Source of the DNA: a virus
DNA: 64,000 bases
Virus record (IMG/VR): IMGVR_UViG_3300023174_000110
Location: 1-64,000 of that record
Reading direction: 5' to 3' (one strand)
Positions 1 to 7,817 of this stretch are shown in pieces. The notes under the pieces were generated by a model that saw only the letters and a program-made list of their open reading frames with translations, was not told where the DNA came from and made no database searches. Numbering within the stretch: position 1 is the stretch's first letter; the number at the start of each line of letters is the position of its first letter. A program made the translations under genes and the position numbers.

Positions 1-31
1 AGTGGTCTATAACTTTATCTGAATATGCCAT
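1..31 (-). CDS. iscU: Fe-S cluster scaffold IscU, N-terminal fragment (runs off window)
   Basis: Reverse strand reads MAYSDKVIDH, the characteristic proteobacterial IscU N-terminus; only 10 codons visible. Confidence 0.75.
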   Translation of the reverse strand, partial: MAYSDKVIDH

Positions 32-193
32 TTATTTTTTTTGTTGTTTTTCTATTCGTTTAAATTCTTCATCTTCAGCAATAGCATCATCAATATCTTT
101 TGGTTCGGGTGGCTCAGCACCTGTGCATGAACCACCATTACTGAACCACAATTCCATGGCTCTCTTACGATATTCTTCTAAATCGGAAGTCAT
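32..193 (-). CDS. hypothetical protein, 53 aa (MTSDLEEYRKRAMELWFSNGGSCTG...)
   Basis: Manually translated; stop abuts the iscU ATG, start overlaps the upstream stop (ATGA). Confidence 0.6.
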   Translation of the reverse strand: MTSDLEEYRKRAMELWFSNGGSCTGAEPPEPKDIDDAIAEDEEFKRIEKQQKK

Positions 194-327
194 CTACCTC
201 TACCCGCCTTACGCATTACAGTCATCTTAGGTGCAAAGTTTGGCTTTGCTTGAGGTTTTATATTTGCAGGTTTGAGATTGCGAACTTTTTTTAACTGTTC
301 TTCACGAAATTTTTTATCATCTGACAT
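190..327 (-). CDS. small basic hypothetical protein, 45 aa (MSDDKKFREEQLKK...RKAGRGR)
   Basis: Manually translated; AAGGAG Shine-Dalgarno upstream. Confidence 0.6.
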   Translation of the reverse strand: MSDDKKFREEQLKKVRNLKPANIKPQAKPNFAPKMTVMRKAGRGR

Positions 328-342
328 ATTATCTCCTTATGT

Positions 343-417
343 TGGTTGCGGGGGAAGGAATCGAACCTACGGCCCCTGGATTATGAGTCCAATGCTCTAC
401 CTCTGAGCTACCCCGCT
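343..417 (-). tRNA. tRNA-Met(CAT), initiator-like
   Basis: Cloverleaf, CTCATAA loop, GTTCGATT T-loop, encoded CCA; unpaired 1:72 (A:A) as in fMet tRNAs. Confidence 0.85.
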
Positions 418-442
418 ATAATTATATATCTCATTTTAAAAC

Positions 443-518
443 TGGCTGTCTTGGCTGGGCTTGAACCAGCGACCCAATGATTAACAGTCATTTGCTCTAC
501 CAACTGAGCTACAAGACA
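443..518 (-). tRNA. tRNA-Asn(GTT)
   Basis: Cloverleaf, CTGTTAA loop, GTTCAAG, CCA end. Confidence 0.95.
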
Positions 519-521
519 ATT

Positions 522-597
522 TGGTGCCCCAACCATGACTCGAACACGGGACCTACTGATTACAAATCAGTTGCTCTACCAACTGAGCTATTAGGGC
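522..597 (-). tRNA. tRNA-Thr(TGT)
   Basis: Cloverleaf, TTTGTAA loop, GTTCGAG, CCA end. Confidence 0.95.
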
Positions 598-606
598 AAT
601 TATGTT

Positions 607-792
607 TTAATTAACCGCAGGTAATTGTTGTGTTAACTTTCTTTTAGCTAGTGCTCTAGAAATTTTAGCTGCGTGTTTTTTACGAGCAGATTCTAAAAGC
701 TTTTCTAGTTGAGCAACATTTAACGGACCTAATTTTGGTTTTCCGTTTTTCGTTAACATGGGATTTTTGTTTTTAGATTTCAAAGTTGCCAT
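607..792 (-). CDS. small basic hypothetical protein
   Basis: 61-aa Lys-rich ORF with AAGGA upstream. Confidence 0.65.
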   Translation of the reverse strand: MATLKSKNKNPMLTKNGKPKLGPLNVAQLEKLLESARKKHAAKISRALAKRKLTQQLPAVN

Positions 793-810
793 AATATAGT
801 CCTTAGAATT

Positions 811-880
811 TGGAGCGGTGGTCTAGATTCGCACTAGATGAGTAGATTGGACACCTACTCTGGTTCTATACCCCGACCGC
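811..880 (-). ncRNA. non-canonical tRNA-Gly(TCC)-like RNA
   Basis: GCGGTCG...CCACCGC-T-CCA acceptor stem, 3-bp mini D arm, 7-bp anticodon stem with TGTCCAA loop, 5-bp T stem TCTAG/CTAGA with TGCGAAT loop. Confidence 0.75.
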
Positions 881-889
881 ATATGTAAT

Positions 890-918
890 ACTATAACATT
901 ATATAGGGTGCTTGTCAA
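890..918 (-). promoter_or_regulatory. sigma70-type promoter driving the tRNA-like RNA and tRNA cluster
   Basis: TTGACA-17 nt-TATAGT with TG extension. Confidence 0.75.
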
Positions 919-1438
919 TGTTTATTTGTGGTATATTTTTCCAAGCAATAGGTTCTGGTTTTAGTATATCATCCGGATTCCGGACATCCGAAAACACTTC
1001 CCATAACTTTTCTTTAATTGCAAATTTGGTAAACAAACCTGTTGATAAACCATATGCTTCTATTTCCCATGGTTCATCGTAATAATCCATATTTTCAGTA
1101 TTGATTCTTTGGCCTCTCCAACGAGTACCATATTCATTGGTTTCACCATAAACATATTGTTTGATGTGAACCATTTCATGAGCCAAAGTTTCTAAAATAT
1201 CGTGTGATCCAATTAATGGATTTATCTCTATCTCAAACTCTCTTGGTTTATTGCTCTCATTATAATCAATAACTCCAGCATATCCCAAAGCATCCAATTT
1301 AGAATCAAATTTAATGCGAACAAATATATTGTCCAACATCTTAGGTGTCATCAATTTTTCAGCATAAAAGATAGCCGCACGTTTCACAAAAGGTCGGAAA
1401 CGTTTTTTATCGGGACAACCAACTATACTTAATTGCAT
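899..1438 (-). CDS. zinc metallopeptidase-like protein (HEXXH)
   Basis: LAHEMVHIKQY plus downstream PWEIEAY third-ligand motif. Confidence 0.75.
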   Translation of the reverse strand: MQLSIVGCPDKKRFRPFVKRAAIFYAEKLMTPKMLDNIFVRIKFDSKLDALGYAGVIDYNESNKPREFEIEINPLIGSHDILETLAHEMVHIKQYVYGETNEYGTRWRGQRINTENMDYYDEPWEIEAYGLSTGLFTKFAIKEKLWEVFSDVRNPDDILKPEPIAWKNIPQINIDKHPI

Positions 1439-1533
1439 TAGGTCTCTCCTTAGTAAATTGACCCAATAATTGACATGGTGTTATAACACCTTATCTATTT
1501 ATGACTAATATTCATTTCACCAGGTGAAATAAA

Positions 1534-2019
1534 TTACTCTACTTTCTCGACCATTATATCACATTTCCTAAGAAAGTCAAGCCCTATAGTATCTCTGTAG
1601 GTGTTTCGGTAATATACTTTTTTAATACCAGCGGTATACATTTGTTTAGCGCAATGAATACATGGGGCATGCGTCAGGAACATGGTGGATCCATCTCCAG
1701 ATTCACTACTCTTGGCTAGTTTGGCGATAGCATTAGCCTCAGCATGGATTACTTCATCCTTGGTTTTTAATCGACCAATACCACCATCTTCTTCTTTAAA
1801 TAACCATTCATCGTTTTTGTAGTTTTGTGGAAAGTTACCAATAAAATACTCTTTTTCTTCACATTCATTGGTCCATCCGGCCGGCATACCATTGTATCCA
1901 ATAGATATAATTCTATCATCTTTGACAATAATAGCCCCAACTTGTAGTCGTTTTGCGGATGACAGTTTGGCAAATCGTTCTGCCACATCCATGTAAGCAT
2001 TAATAAATTTTTGTTTCAT
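1534..2019 (-). CDS. cd: dCMP deaminase
   Basis: VGAIIVKD..IISIGYNG, HAEANAI and PCxxC zinc motifs. Confidence 0.93.
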   Translation of the reverse strand: MKQKFINAYMDVAERFAKLSSAKRLQVGAIIVKDDRIISIGYNGMPAGWTNECEEKEYFIGNFPQNYKNDEWLFKEEDGGIGRLKTKDEVIHAEANAIAKLAKSSESGDGSTMFLTHAPCIHCAKQMYTAGIKKVYYRNTYRDTIGLDFLRKCDIMVEKVE

Positions 2020-2033
2020 ATTTGTTTTTTTTT

Positions 2034-2108
2034 TGGTCCGGCCGCCAGGAATCGAACCTGGATTAATAGCTTAGAAGGCTACTGTTCTATCCATTGAACT
2101 ACAGCCAG
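2034..2108 (-). tRNA. tRNA-Arg(TCT)
   Basis: Cloverleaf, CTTCTAA loop, GTTCGATT, CCA end. Confidence 0.93.
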
Positions 2109-2112
2109 ATAT

Positions 2113-2189
2113 TGGTGGGCCCACCTGGACTCGAACCAGGGACCAAAGGATTATGAGTCCTCTGCTCTAACCAACTGAGCTATAGGCCC
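2113..2189 (-). tRNA. tRNA with CAT anticodon, probably Ile2 (lysidine, reads AUA); elongator Met not excluded
   Basis: Cloverleaf with paired G1:C72, GGGCCTA acceptor and TGGTTAGAGC D arm similar to bacterial Ile2 tRNAs. Confidence 0.8.
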
Positions 2190-2194
2190 AATCT

Positions 2195-2368
2195 TTACCA
2201 AGATCCATCGTCAAACCATATTCGTATGGTGAATGGCATTAGTTCAATAATATAAGAAGTTGATACTTCCCAAGCATCATTTTCACTACCTTTACTAAAA
2301 TGTAATCTCCAATGAAATGGATTTAATTTCAAAATAATATTACATCCAGAATACTTTAACCAATTCAT
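2195..2368 (-). CDS. hypothetical protein, 57 aa (MNWLKYSGCNIILKLNPFHW...WFDDGSW)
   Basis: Manually translated; ATGA overlap with upstream stop. Confidence 0.6.
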   Translation of the reverse strand: MNWLKYSGCNIILKLNPFHWRLHFSKGSENDAWEVSTSYIIELMPFTIRIWFDDGSW

Positions 2369-2595
2369 TTTAAAATTTCGCCAATTGGTTGTGAAATGTT
2401 TAATTGTTGTCTGATAAATTTATCTTTTAACATATCTGGAATATTAAAATATGGTTCTTCTAAAATAAACGGACACGGATTACCCCATTTATTTTGAGAT
2501 AAAAATGTTTTAAACAATTCTATATCTTTTTTATTTTTTGGGTCAAAAATATGTTTTTGATTGTTCATCATTTGATGATTTGTTAGAAATGTCAT
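2365..2595 (-). CDS. hypothetical protein
   Basis: ORF in a chain of ATGA-coupled genes. Confidence 0.6.
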   Translation of the reverse strand: MTFLTNHQMMNNQKHIFDPKNKKDIELFKTFLSQNKWGNPCPFILEEPYFNIPDMLKDKFIRQQLNISQPIGEILK

Positions 2596-2819
2596 TTTAT
2601 ATACTCCACATTATCTTTACGCATATAGTGAACCACTTGATTTTGTTTTTGATTTGGCATTTCTTTTACTACGGGAATAAAAGTGACCCCTTCGATTTCT
2701 CTGGTATCCCAATTCGAATAGGTATAATAGACATCGGAGTTCGTTTTTGAACGAACCTTTTTTAAGATAGATTTGTCGCCGGTATAACCGGGTCTAGGAG
2801 ATTTTTTCAATGATTTCAT
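2592..2819 (-). CDS. hypothetical protein
   Basis: ORF downstream of a sigma70-like promoter, coupled to next gene. Confidence 0.65.
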   Translation of the reverse strand: MKSLKKSPRPGYTGDKSILKKVRSKTNSDVYYTYSNWDTREIEGVTFIPVVKEMPNQKQNQVVHYMRKDNVEYIK

Positions 2820-2839
2820 AATATAATATTAACATAGAG

Positions 2840-2865
2840 ATAGGGGGTTGTCAAGAACCCCCTAT
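2840..2865 (-). terminator. hairpin after hsp20, overlapping the -35 (TTGACA) of a downstream promoter
   Basis: ATAGGGGGTT / AACCCCCTAT inverted repeat. Confidence 0.55.
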
Positions 2866-2869
2866 ATTT

Positions 2870-2935
2870 TTACCGAAATTTTGGATAATTCAACTGTTCC
2901 CATTCATCATCAGATACGGGCCACCAGTTATTCAT
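2870..2935 (-). CDS. putative 21-aa micropeptide MNNWWPVSDDEWEQLNYPKFR
   Basis: ATG overlaps hsp20 end (GATGAATAA), purine-rich SD-like stretch upstream, stop just before the hairpin. Confidence 0.45.
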   Translation of the reverse strand: MNNWWPVSDDEWEQLNYPKFR

Positions 2936-3392
2936 CTTTCTTTTCCTTGATGGCAATCTTCTTAATAGCATCTTGGGTTTGCACAAAATTTTCCAACCAT
3001 ACTCGTAACATACCATTTACCATTTCGGCATCTTTGATTTCAATCTTATCTGCCAGAGTAAATGCACGTGTGAAATTACGGTTAGCAATACCTTTGAATA
3101 AGAAATTTTCTTCTTCATTGATATCGTTTTCTTTTGCGGAACCTTTGATGACCAATTTATTGCCTTCAAGTGTTACTTCAATATCAGACTTGGCAAAACC
3201 AGCAACTGCCATTTCAATGACATACTTGTTTTTGCTTACTTGCTTGATATTGTATGGGGGATATGACGGCACAGCCTTTTGAATCGTTTTGGTAACTTCT
3301 TCAATATCTTTAAAGAAACTGTCAAAGCCAACCGTATATGGATCAAGGGTCTTGTGAAAGTCAAAAATGGAAGGTAATAGACTTGTAGTCAT
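2928..3392 (-). CDS. hsp20: small heat shock protein (Hsp20/IbpA family)
   Basis: YPPYNI, IEMAVAGF, GIANRNFTRAF, A.MVNGML alpha-crystallin motifs. Confidence 0.95.
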   Translation of the reverse strand: MTTSLLPSIFDFHKTLDPYTVGFDSFFKDIEEVTKTIQKAVPSYPPYNIKQVSKNKYVIEMAVAGFAKSDIEVTLEGNKLVIKGSAKENDINEEENFLFKGIANRNFTRAFTLADKIEIKDAEMVNGMLRVWLENFVQTQDAIKKIAIKEKKDE

Positions 3393-3401
3393 GTTTATGT
3401 G

Positions 3402-3419
3402 CTCCTTAGTTTAAGCGAG
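3402..3419 (-). promoter_or_regulatory. ROSE-like RNA thermometer hairpin sequestering the hsp20 SD
   Basis: CUC(G)CUUA-AAC-UAAGGAG: UCGCU motif with bulged G paired to AGGAG. Confidence 0.6.
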
Positions 3420-3457
3420 TTAATCAAAATTGTAGGCCCCTAAGGCACCTACATCCA

Positions 3458-3488
3458 TATTTATAACACATTTGCTTTTATTTGTCAA
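3458..3488 (-). promoter_or_regulatory. overlapping sigma70 (TTGACA-17-TATAAA) and T4 late (TATAAATA) promoter for hsp20
   Basis: Both consensus elements are visible. Confidence 0.65.
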
Positions 3489-3501
3489 TACTTTTTTGGT
3501 A

Positions 3502-3915
3502 TTAATAATTATCCGTTTTAACTTTGTTACCAATATTATATTTTGGTATAAGTTGCCAATCACCTTTTTCTTTATGTGAAAGAATTTTAATTTGTGATAA
3601 AAAGGTTGGTTGTGGAACTTCTGTGGATTTTTTATTGACTAAACCTACCAAACCCCAATCTTCTAACAAATTGGCAATAGCGTTTCTACGAGAAAGGTCA
3701 TTATCACTAATGTCAGTTGGCTTTCCATCCAAAGCAAATAATTCTTTAAAATGAACAATATAATACCTGCCTTGTTTATGTAAAATATGGCACGATTGAT
3801 ATAGTATTTTTTCTTTTTTTGATGCCACGCCAATGCGTGTGAGGGTTTCTCTGACTTTTAGGAAATCATCTTGTTGATTCAAAGTCACTTCAACCAAATC
3901 TGTAATATTAATCAT
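3502..3915 (-). CDS. regA: translational repressor RegA
   Basis: DDFLKVRETLTRIGVAS, LYQSCHILHKQGRYYIVHFKELF. Confidence 0.97.
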   Translation of the reverse strand: MINITDLVEVTLNQQDDFLKVRETLTRIGVASKKEKILYQSCHILHKQGRYYIVHFKELFALDGKPTDISDNDLSRRNAIANLLEDWGLVGLVNKKSTEVPQPTFLSQIKILSHKEKGDWQLIPKYNIGNKVKTDNY

Positions 3916-4301
3916 TACTTAACTCCGCCTTTATCTGTTTTTCTTTTTATTTCAGCGATTTGTTCGTCAGTAAGAATTCGTAAAGCCTCTTTGGCTTTTT
4001 CATTAGAATAACCAAAATATACCTTTACACATTCTATATTCTTATCGACCTCTGATTTCTGCCACGGTTGAAATTTCCGTTTCATTGGTCTGATGGTATT
4101 TAGAAGATATTGATATTGAAGGTCTTTTTCAAGATTTGGATGTTTGTTTAGTTCATTGACATATAACACACAGTCCATATGATAGGACAAGGCTCGGTTG
4201 ATGATGTAGGAGTTATAATCTTTATAATCCAACTCATCACGAAATACATTTTTTTTCTTTTCCAAAATAGATGGAAGAATTTCTTTGAATAAATCTGGCA
4301 T
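3915..4301 (-). CDS. 62: clamp loader small subunit gp62
   Basis: YIINRALS...KRKFQPW...YFGYSNEKAKEAL; adjacent to regA. Confidence 0.9.
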   Translation of the reverse strand: MPDLFKEILPSILEKKKNVFRDELDYKDYNSYIINRALSYHMDCVLYVNELNKHPNLEKDLQYQYLLNTIRPMKRKFQPWQKSEVDKNIECVKVYFGYSNEKAKEALRILTDEQIAEIKRKTDKGGVK

Positions 4302-4302
4302 C

Positions 4303-4755
4303 TTAATACCCCGATACCGTATATTTCATCATTTCTGTCAAAGTGTTATCATCAACTTTTTGAATAGGTGTAACTGCCTCTTGTTCAATGTCAATCAAAA
4401 CCATATTACGACCATCTTTGGTATAATAGTTTCTTGTTTTAAATAATTTAGGATCAACTTTAAACAACCAACCAGCATACTTATAATTGTGTCGAGCTGC
4501 CGGGACGGTGACAAAATATAATTCATCTACACCACGGCATTTGCGTAACTGATTTGGTTTAATCGTGATTGCTTTTTCTTTGATAAAAGGCACTTGTGTT
4601 TTTACTTCGATTGTTTTGCCATCACCCATTAAATCTTTTTTACTATCAAAATGATTAAGTGCTTGCTCAACAACAACACCCTTTTTAGTCAAATAATTGC
4701 TAACATATTTCTCACCCATACGGCCAAGAATATCCATCATCTGTGAACGATCCAT
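4303..4755 (-). CDS. putative PD-(D/E)XK endonuclease
   Basis: G..GE helix, D-L and IEVKT catalytic-type motif. Confidence 0.55.
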   Translation of the reverse strand: MDRSQMMDILGRMGEKYVSNYLTKKGVVVEQALNHFDSKKDLMGDGKTIEVKTQVPFIKEKAITIKPNQLRKCRGVDELYFVTVPAARHNYKYAGWLFKVDPKLFKTRNYYTKDGRNMVLIDIEQEAVTPIQKVDDNTLTEMMKYTVSGY

Positions 4756-4763
4756 GATTTTTC

Positions 4764-5696
4764 CTATCTAAAAGAACAATCAACCATGATTTCTGTCAAG
4801 CAGGCTATCATGTTAATTTCGTGGTCTGCCACAAAAGCGGATTGATATTGATATTTGGCAAGAATTAAAACTAACTGAGGAACGGAATCCGGTTTTAATT
4901 CTTCATACATTGAATCGTATAGTTTACGATAAACTTTTATAGGATCATTATCAAGATTATTTGTGACCCATTTACGAGCTGATGAAAAGTCTTTTTCTTT
5001 AAGAGATTTGATTAAGGATTCAAGTTGAATATCAGCAACATTAGAAAGAATGCCAGAATCAATGGCACCCGACACAGAATATCGCTGAAGCTCATTAAGA
5101 ATTCTTCGATTGTCAGGAAAGTGTTTCGTGATGACTGCGGCAACAACGTCTTTGGAGTATTTGATTCCTTCTTGCGAAAGGATGTTTTCAACCCGTTTAA
5201 AAAATTGTGCCGCCAATTTTGGTTTAGAACCGTTGATTTTAAAATCGATAACAGAACAGCGGGAGTGAATTGGATCAATGATACGATTTTTGAAATTGCA
5301 TGTGAAGATGAATGAGCAGTTTGATGCAAATTCTTCAATGGCTCCCCGTAGAGCAGGTTGAGTTGAATTAGGATTGAGATAATCAGCCTCATCAATGATG
5401 ACAACTTTTCTGCCACCCATGAGCGACATTGAAGAAGCATAGTTTTTAATTTTGTTACGGAGGACATCAATGCCAGACTCGTCAGAGCCATTGATGATAA
5501 TATAATCGCAACCAACCTCATTGCACAAAGCTTTAGCAACTGTTGTTTTTCCAACACCTGCTGTACCAGATAAAAGAAGATTTGGTATCTCTTTTCTCTT
5601 AACGAACTCCTGAAAAGTTTCCTTGAGCGCATCAGGAAGGATACAATCTTCGATTGTTTTCGGCCGATACTTCTCGACCCATAATAAATGTTCCAT
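4764..5696 (-). CDS. 44: clamp loader large subunit gp44 (AAA+)
   Basis: LWVEKYRP, GTAGVGKTT, IIDEAD, SRC motifs. Confidence 0.97.
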   Translation of the reverse strand: MEHLLWVEKYRPKTIEDCILPDALKETFQEFVKRKEIPNLLLSGTAGVGKTTVAKALCNEVGCDYIIINGSDESGIDVLRNKIKNYASSMSLMGGRKVVIIDEADYLNPNSTQPALRGAIEEFASNCSFIFTCNFKNRIIDPIHSRCSVIDFKINGSKPKLAAQFFKRVENILSQEGIKYSKDVVAAVITKHFPDNRRILNELQRYSVSGAIDSGILSNVADIQLESLIKSLKEKDFSSARKWVTNNLDNDPIKVYRKLYDSMYEELKPDSVPQLVLILAKYQYQSAFVADHEINMIACLTEIMVDCSFR

Positions 5697-5754
5697 TCAA
5701 AACTCCCATAATATATATTTTTACTTCTATACTGCTTTCAGAATATTGAGTTGT

Positions 5755-5780
5755 TTAAAGGTTCCGATTGGAACCTTTAA
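5755..5780. other. perfect 11-bp inverted repeat between gp45 region and gp44
   Basis: TTAAAGGTTCC-GATT-GGAACCTTTAA. Confidence 0.6.
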
Positions 5781-5784
5781 CATA

Positions 5785-5991
5785 TTAAGCCAATGCTCCG
5801 TTGAGTTGGCCAACTACATCCAAATAAGCCTCTTCAACTACAACTGGTTGTGCACCGATCGCTATAACTGTTTTGCCTTTCATCTCACCTTGTGGTGCGG
5901 TGAATACGGCATTAACTGCTGTAGGATTGACTGCGATAGGATCTTTGCTTGATGCTTCTGTAAAAGTTAATAACATTTTTTTATTCTCCAA
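5785..5991 (-). CDS. hypothetical protein
   Basis: 68-aa ORF between gp45 and gp44. Confidence 0.6.
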   Translation of the reverse strand: MENKKMLLTFTEASSKDPIAVNPTAVNAVFTAPQGEMKGKTVIAIGAQPVVVEEAYLDVVGQLNGALA

Positions 5992-6652
5992 ATTTAGAAT
6001 GTTTTGATTCTGATGCTACCCAATACTGGATTTCTTGTTTAGTATTTTTAAATGAGGCAAGTCCTTTAAATGAAATTTCTACATCATAAGAACCGGCAAT
6101 CATCTTTAAATTCTGAGTCAAGAATACCATTTTAAAACTTTTTCCGTTACCTACTCCAAGTTCAATTGAGTTGGTGTGAGCAGAATTATCTTCAGCATTA
6201 AATGTTGTTAGATTAATTTTGTCGCCCGAGGTTTCAATAGAAACATGGGGTGTTTGTAATACACTTGCTGTTTTTAAAATAGAATCATAATCTTCCGCAC
6301 TTAAAACAAAAGATGCATCGACACTAGGAAGATTTAATTCTTTTTCAGGTGGAACAACAATTTGAGTTTTTTCAGTTTTACGATATTTAACCTTACTGCG
6401 ACCAGATTTAAAAATCACATCAATATCGTTAAAATCAAGTTCTGTATCCTTATATAGTGAATGTACGGATAAGAATTGATTTAAATCGTAAATACAAAAA
6501 TCTTGAGGGAATTCATCCTTCAATGTAGCTTTGGCAAGCACAGATTTAGTGGCAGCCATTGTAGCCAATTTATTGCCTTTTTTAAATTGAATGCCTTGAT
6601 TGATTGTAGAAAAGTTTTTTAATACAGTTAGTGTTTCATTTGATAGCTTCAT
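5981..6652 (-). CDS. 45: sliding clamp gp45
   Basis: MKLSNETL.VLKNFSTIN, F.IYDLNQFL, Y.V.IS, YWVA. Confidence 0.95.
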   Translation of the reverse strand: MKLSNETLTVLKNFSTINQGIQFKKGNKLATMAATKSVLAKATLKDEFPQDFCIYDLNQFLSVHSLYKDTELDFNDIDVIFKSGRSKVKYRKTEKTQIVVPPEKELNLPSVDASFVLSAEDYDSILKTASVLQTPHVSIETSGDKINLTTFNAEDNSAHTNSIELGVGNGKSFKMVFLTQNLKMIAGSYDVEISFKGLASFKNTKQEIQYWVASESKHSKFGE

Positions 6653-6956
6653 TTACATCTCCATTATTTAAAGAATACATTATATCATGTTCATACAAAA
6701 ACATCAAGCAGCACATAGCATGTGCCAAATGATGTATACCAGATTCAGGATCTAATTGTTCGCCTTCTTTCCAGGCCCAAGTATGCCTTTGCAGTGCATC
6801 AAAATACCTACGCTTTGAATTGGGTACTTTTTTCCAGTTATCTCTGTCATATTTTTGAGCACCAAATGTTAATACTTTTACTACTTCTTTTAATGCTAAT
6901 GGTGGTAATAAACCATATTCTAGTTTGCCACCATCAAATTTACGACCTGCTTCCAT
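6636..6956 (-). CDS. DUF5664 / dATP-dGTP diphosphohydrolase N-terminal-domain protein
   Basis: GRKFDGGK...LLPP...VLTFGAQKY...NW...DPESGIHHLAHA. Confidence 0.8.
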   Translation of the reverse strand: MEAGRKFDGGKLEYGLLPPLALKEVVKVLTFGAQKYDRDNWKKVPNSKRRYFDALQRHTWAWKEGEQLDPESGIHHLAHAMCCLMFLYEHDIMYSLNNGDVNEAIK

Positions 6957-7753
6957 TACATTTCACCGACATAATTAGCAACAGCAGGCATATCTCCTTG
7001 GAAATGATATGTACCGATGTGTGAAGTTTTCATCCAAGGACACAACCAGATTTTACCACCAATATTTCTCCACCATTGACAGAACATATAATCTTCTGAT
7101 AGGTAACGCTCAGAGTCTTTATCAATTACAGTATCAAAATAAGCATGAATATAACGAGTACCATCAAAATGTGCTTGGCCAACATGGTCGGGACGATATT
7201 TAAGGTGTGGATAAGCTGCAGCAAATTTAGGAAACACTTCACGTTTTACCATCATAAATCCTGTACCAATTTCCATAACTTCTAAAGGTTCTGTTACAGA
7301 AAATTGTTGTGTACCTTTAACTGGATTGAATACATAGTCACCAGTAAGTTTATCTAAAATGCCAGCATCCATTTGAGGATTCATTTCTAGTGCTCGTTTA
7401 ATAGAACGCCATTTAATTGCTTTCTTAGGATAAGGACCACCGGCAACATCTTTGTCTAAGGCTAAAAGAGCCAAAACATCACGAGCTTCAAAGTGAATAT
7501 CGGAATCGATAAACAACATATGAGTACAATCCGAACGATTAAGAAACTCATCAACGAGATAATTACGAGCTCTAGTAATCAAAGATTCATTAAACAAGAA
7601 TGAAAATTTCGCCTGTACGCCATATTGAAAACATAAACCTTGTAAATCAAGACAAGCTTTCATGTATAGGCCGTGGTTAACTCCGCCATACATTGGTGTA
7701 GCAATGAACAAGCTTTTCTTTTGTAAATCTTCTTTTTTTATTGAAATTTCCAT
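6956..7753 (-). CDS. GT-A fold glycosyltransferase-like protein
   Basis: IATPMYGG, ESLITRARN, HMLFIDSDI (DxD), GTGFMM, LSEDY.FC. Confidence 0.75.
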   Translation of the reverse strand: MEISIKKEDLQKKSLFIATPMYGGVNHGLYMKACLDLQGLCFQYGVQAKFSFLFNESLITRARNYLVDEFLNRSDCTHMLFIDSDIHFEARDVLALLALDKDVAGGPYPKKAIKWRSIKRALEMNPQMDAGILDKLTGDYVFNPVKGTQQFSVTEPLEVMEIGTGFMMVKREVFPKFAAAYPHLKYRPDHVGQAHFDGTRYIHAYFDTVIDKDSERYLSEDYMFCQWWRNIGGKIWLCPWMKTSHIGTYHFQGDMPAVANYVGEM

Positions 7754-7770
7754 TTTTACTCCATGATTAT

Positions 7771-7806
7771 AAAAAAAAGGAAAATCGTTTTAACAACGAC
7801 TTTCCC
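7771..7806 (-). terminator. probable intrinsic terminator after wHTH gene
   Basis: Imperfect GGAAAATCGTT/AACGACTTTCC stem followed by an 8-U tract on the minus strand. Confidence 0.55.
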
Positions 7807-7817
7807 GATAAAACAGA

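Noticed and set aside
811-880. tRNA-Trp(CCA), Pyl or Sec assignment for the tRNA-like RNA
   Set aside because: A CCA reading needs an asymmetric loop and Trp uses G73; there is no CTA/TCA anticodon or long variable arm; acceptor identity fits Gly
5727-5783. 18-aa ORF MLKVPIGTFKQLNILKAV before gp44
   Set aside because: Too short, coincides with a hairpin, no supporting motif
6636-6956. 2-aminoadenine (Z) genome
   Set aside because: No purZ or other pathway genes in the window; DUF5664 alone is insufficient
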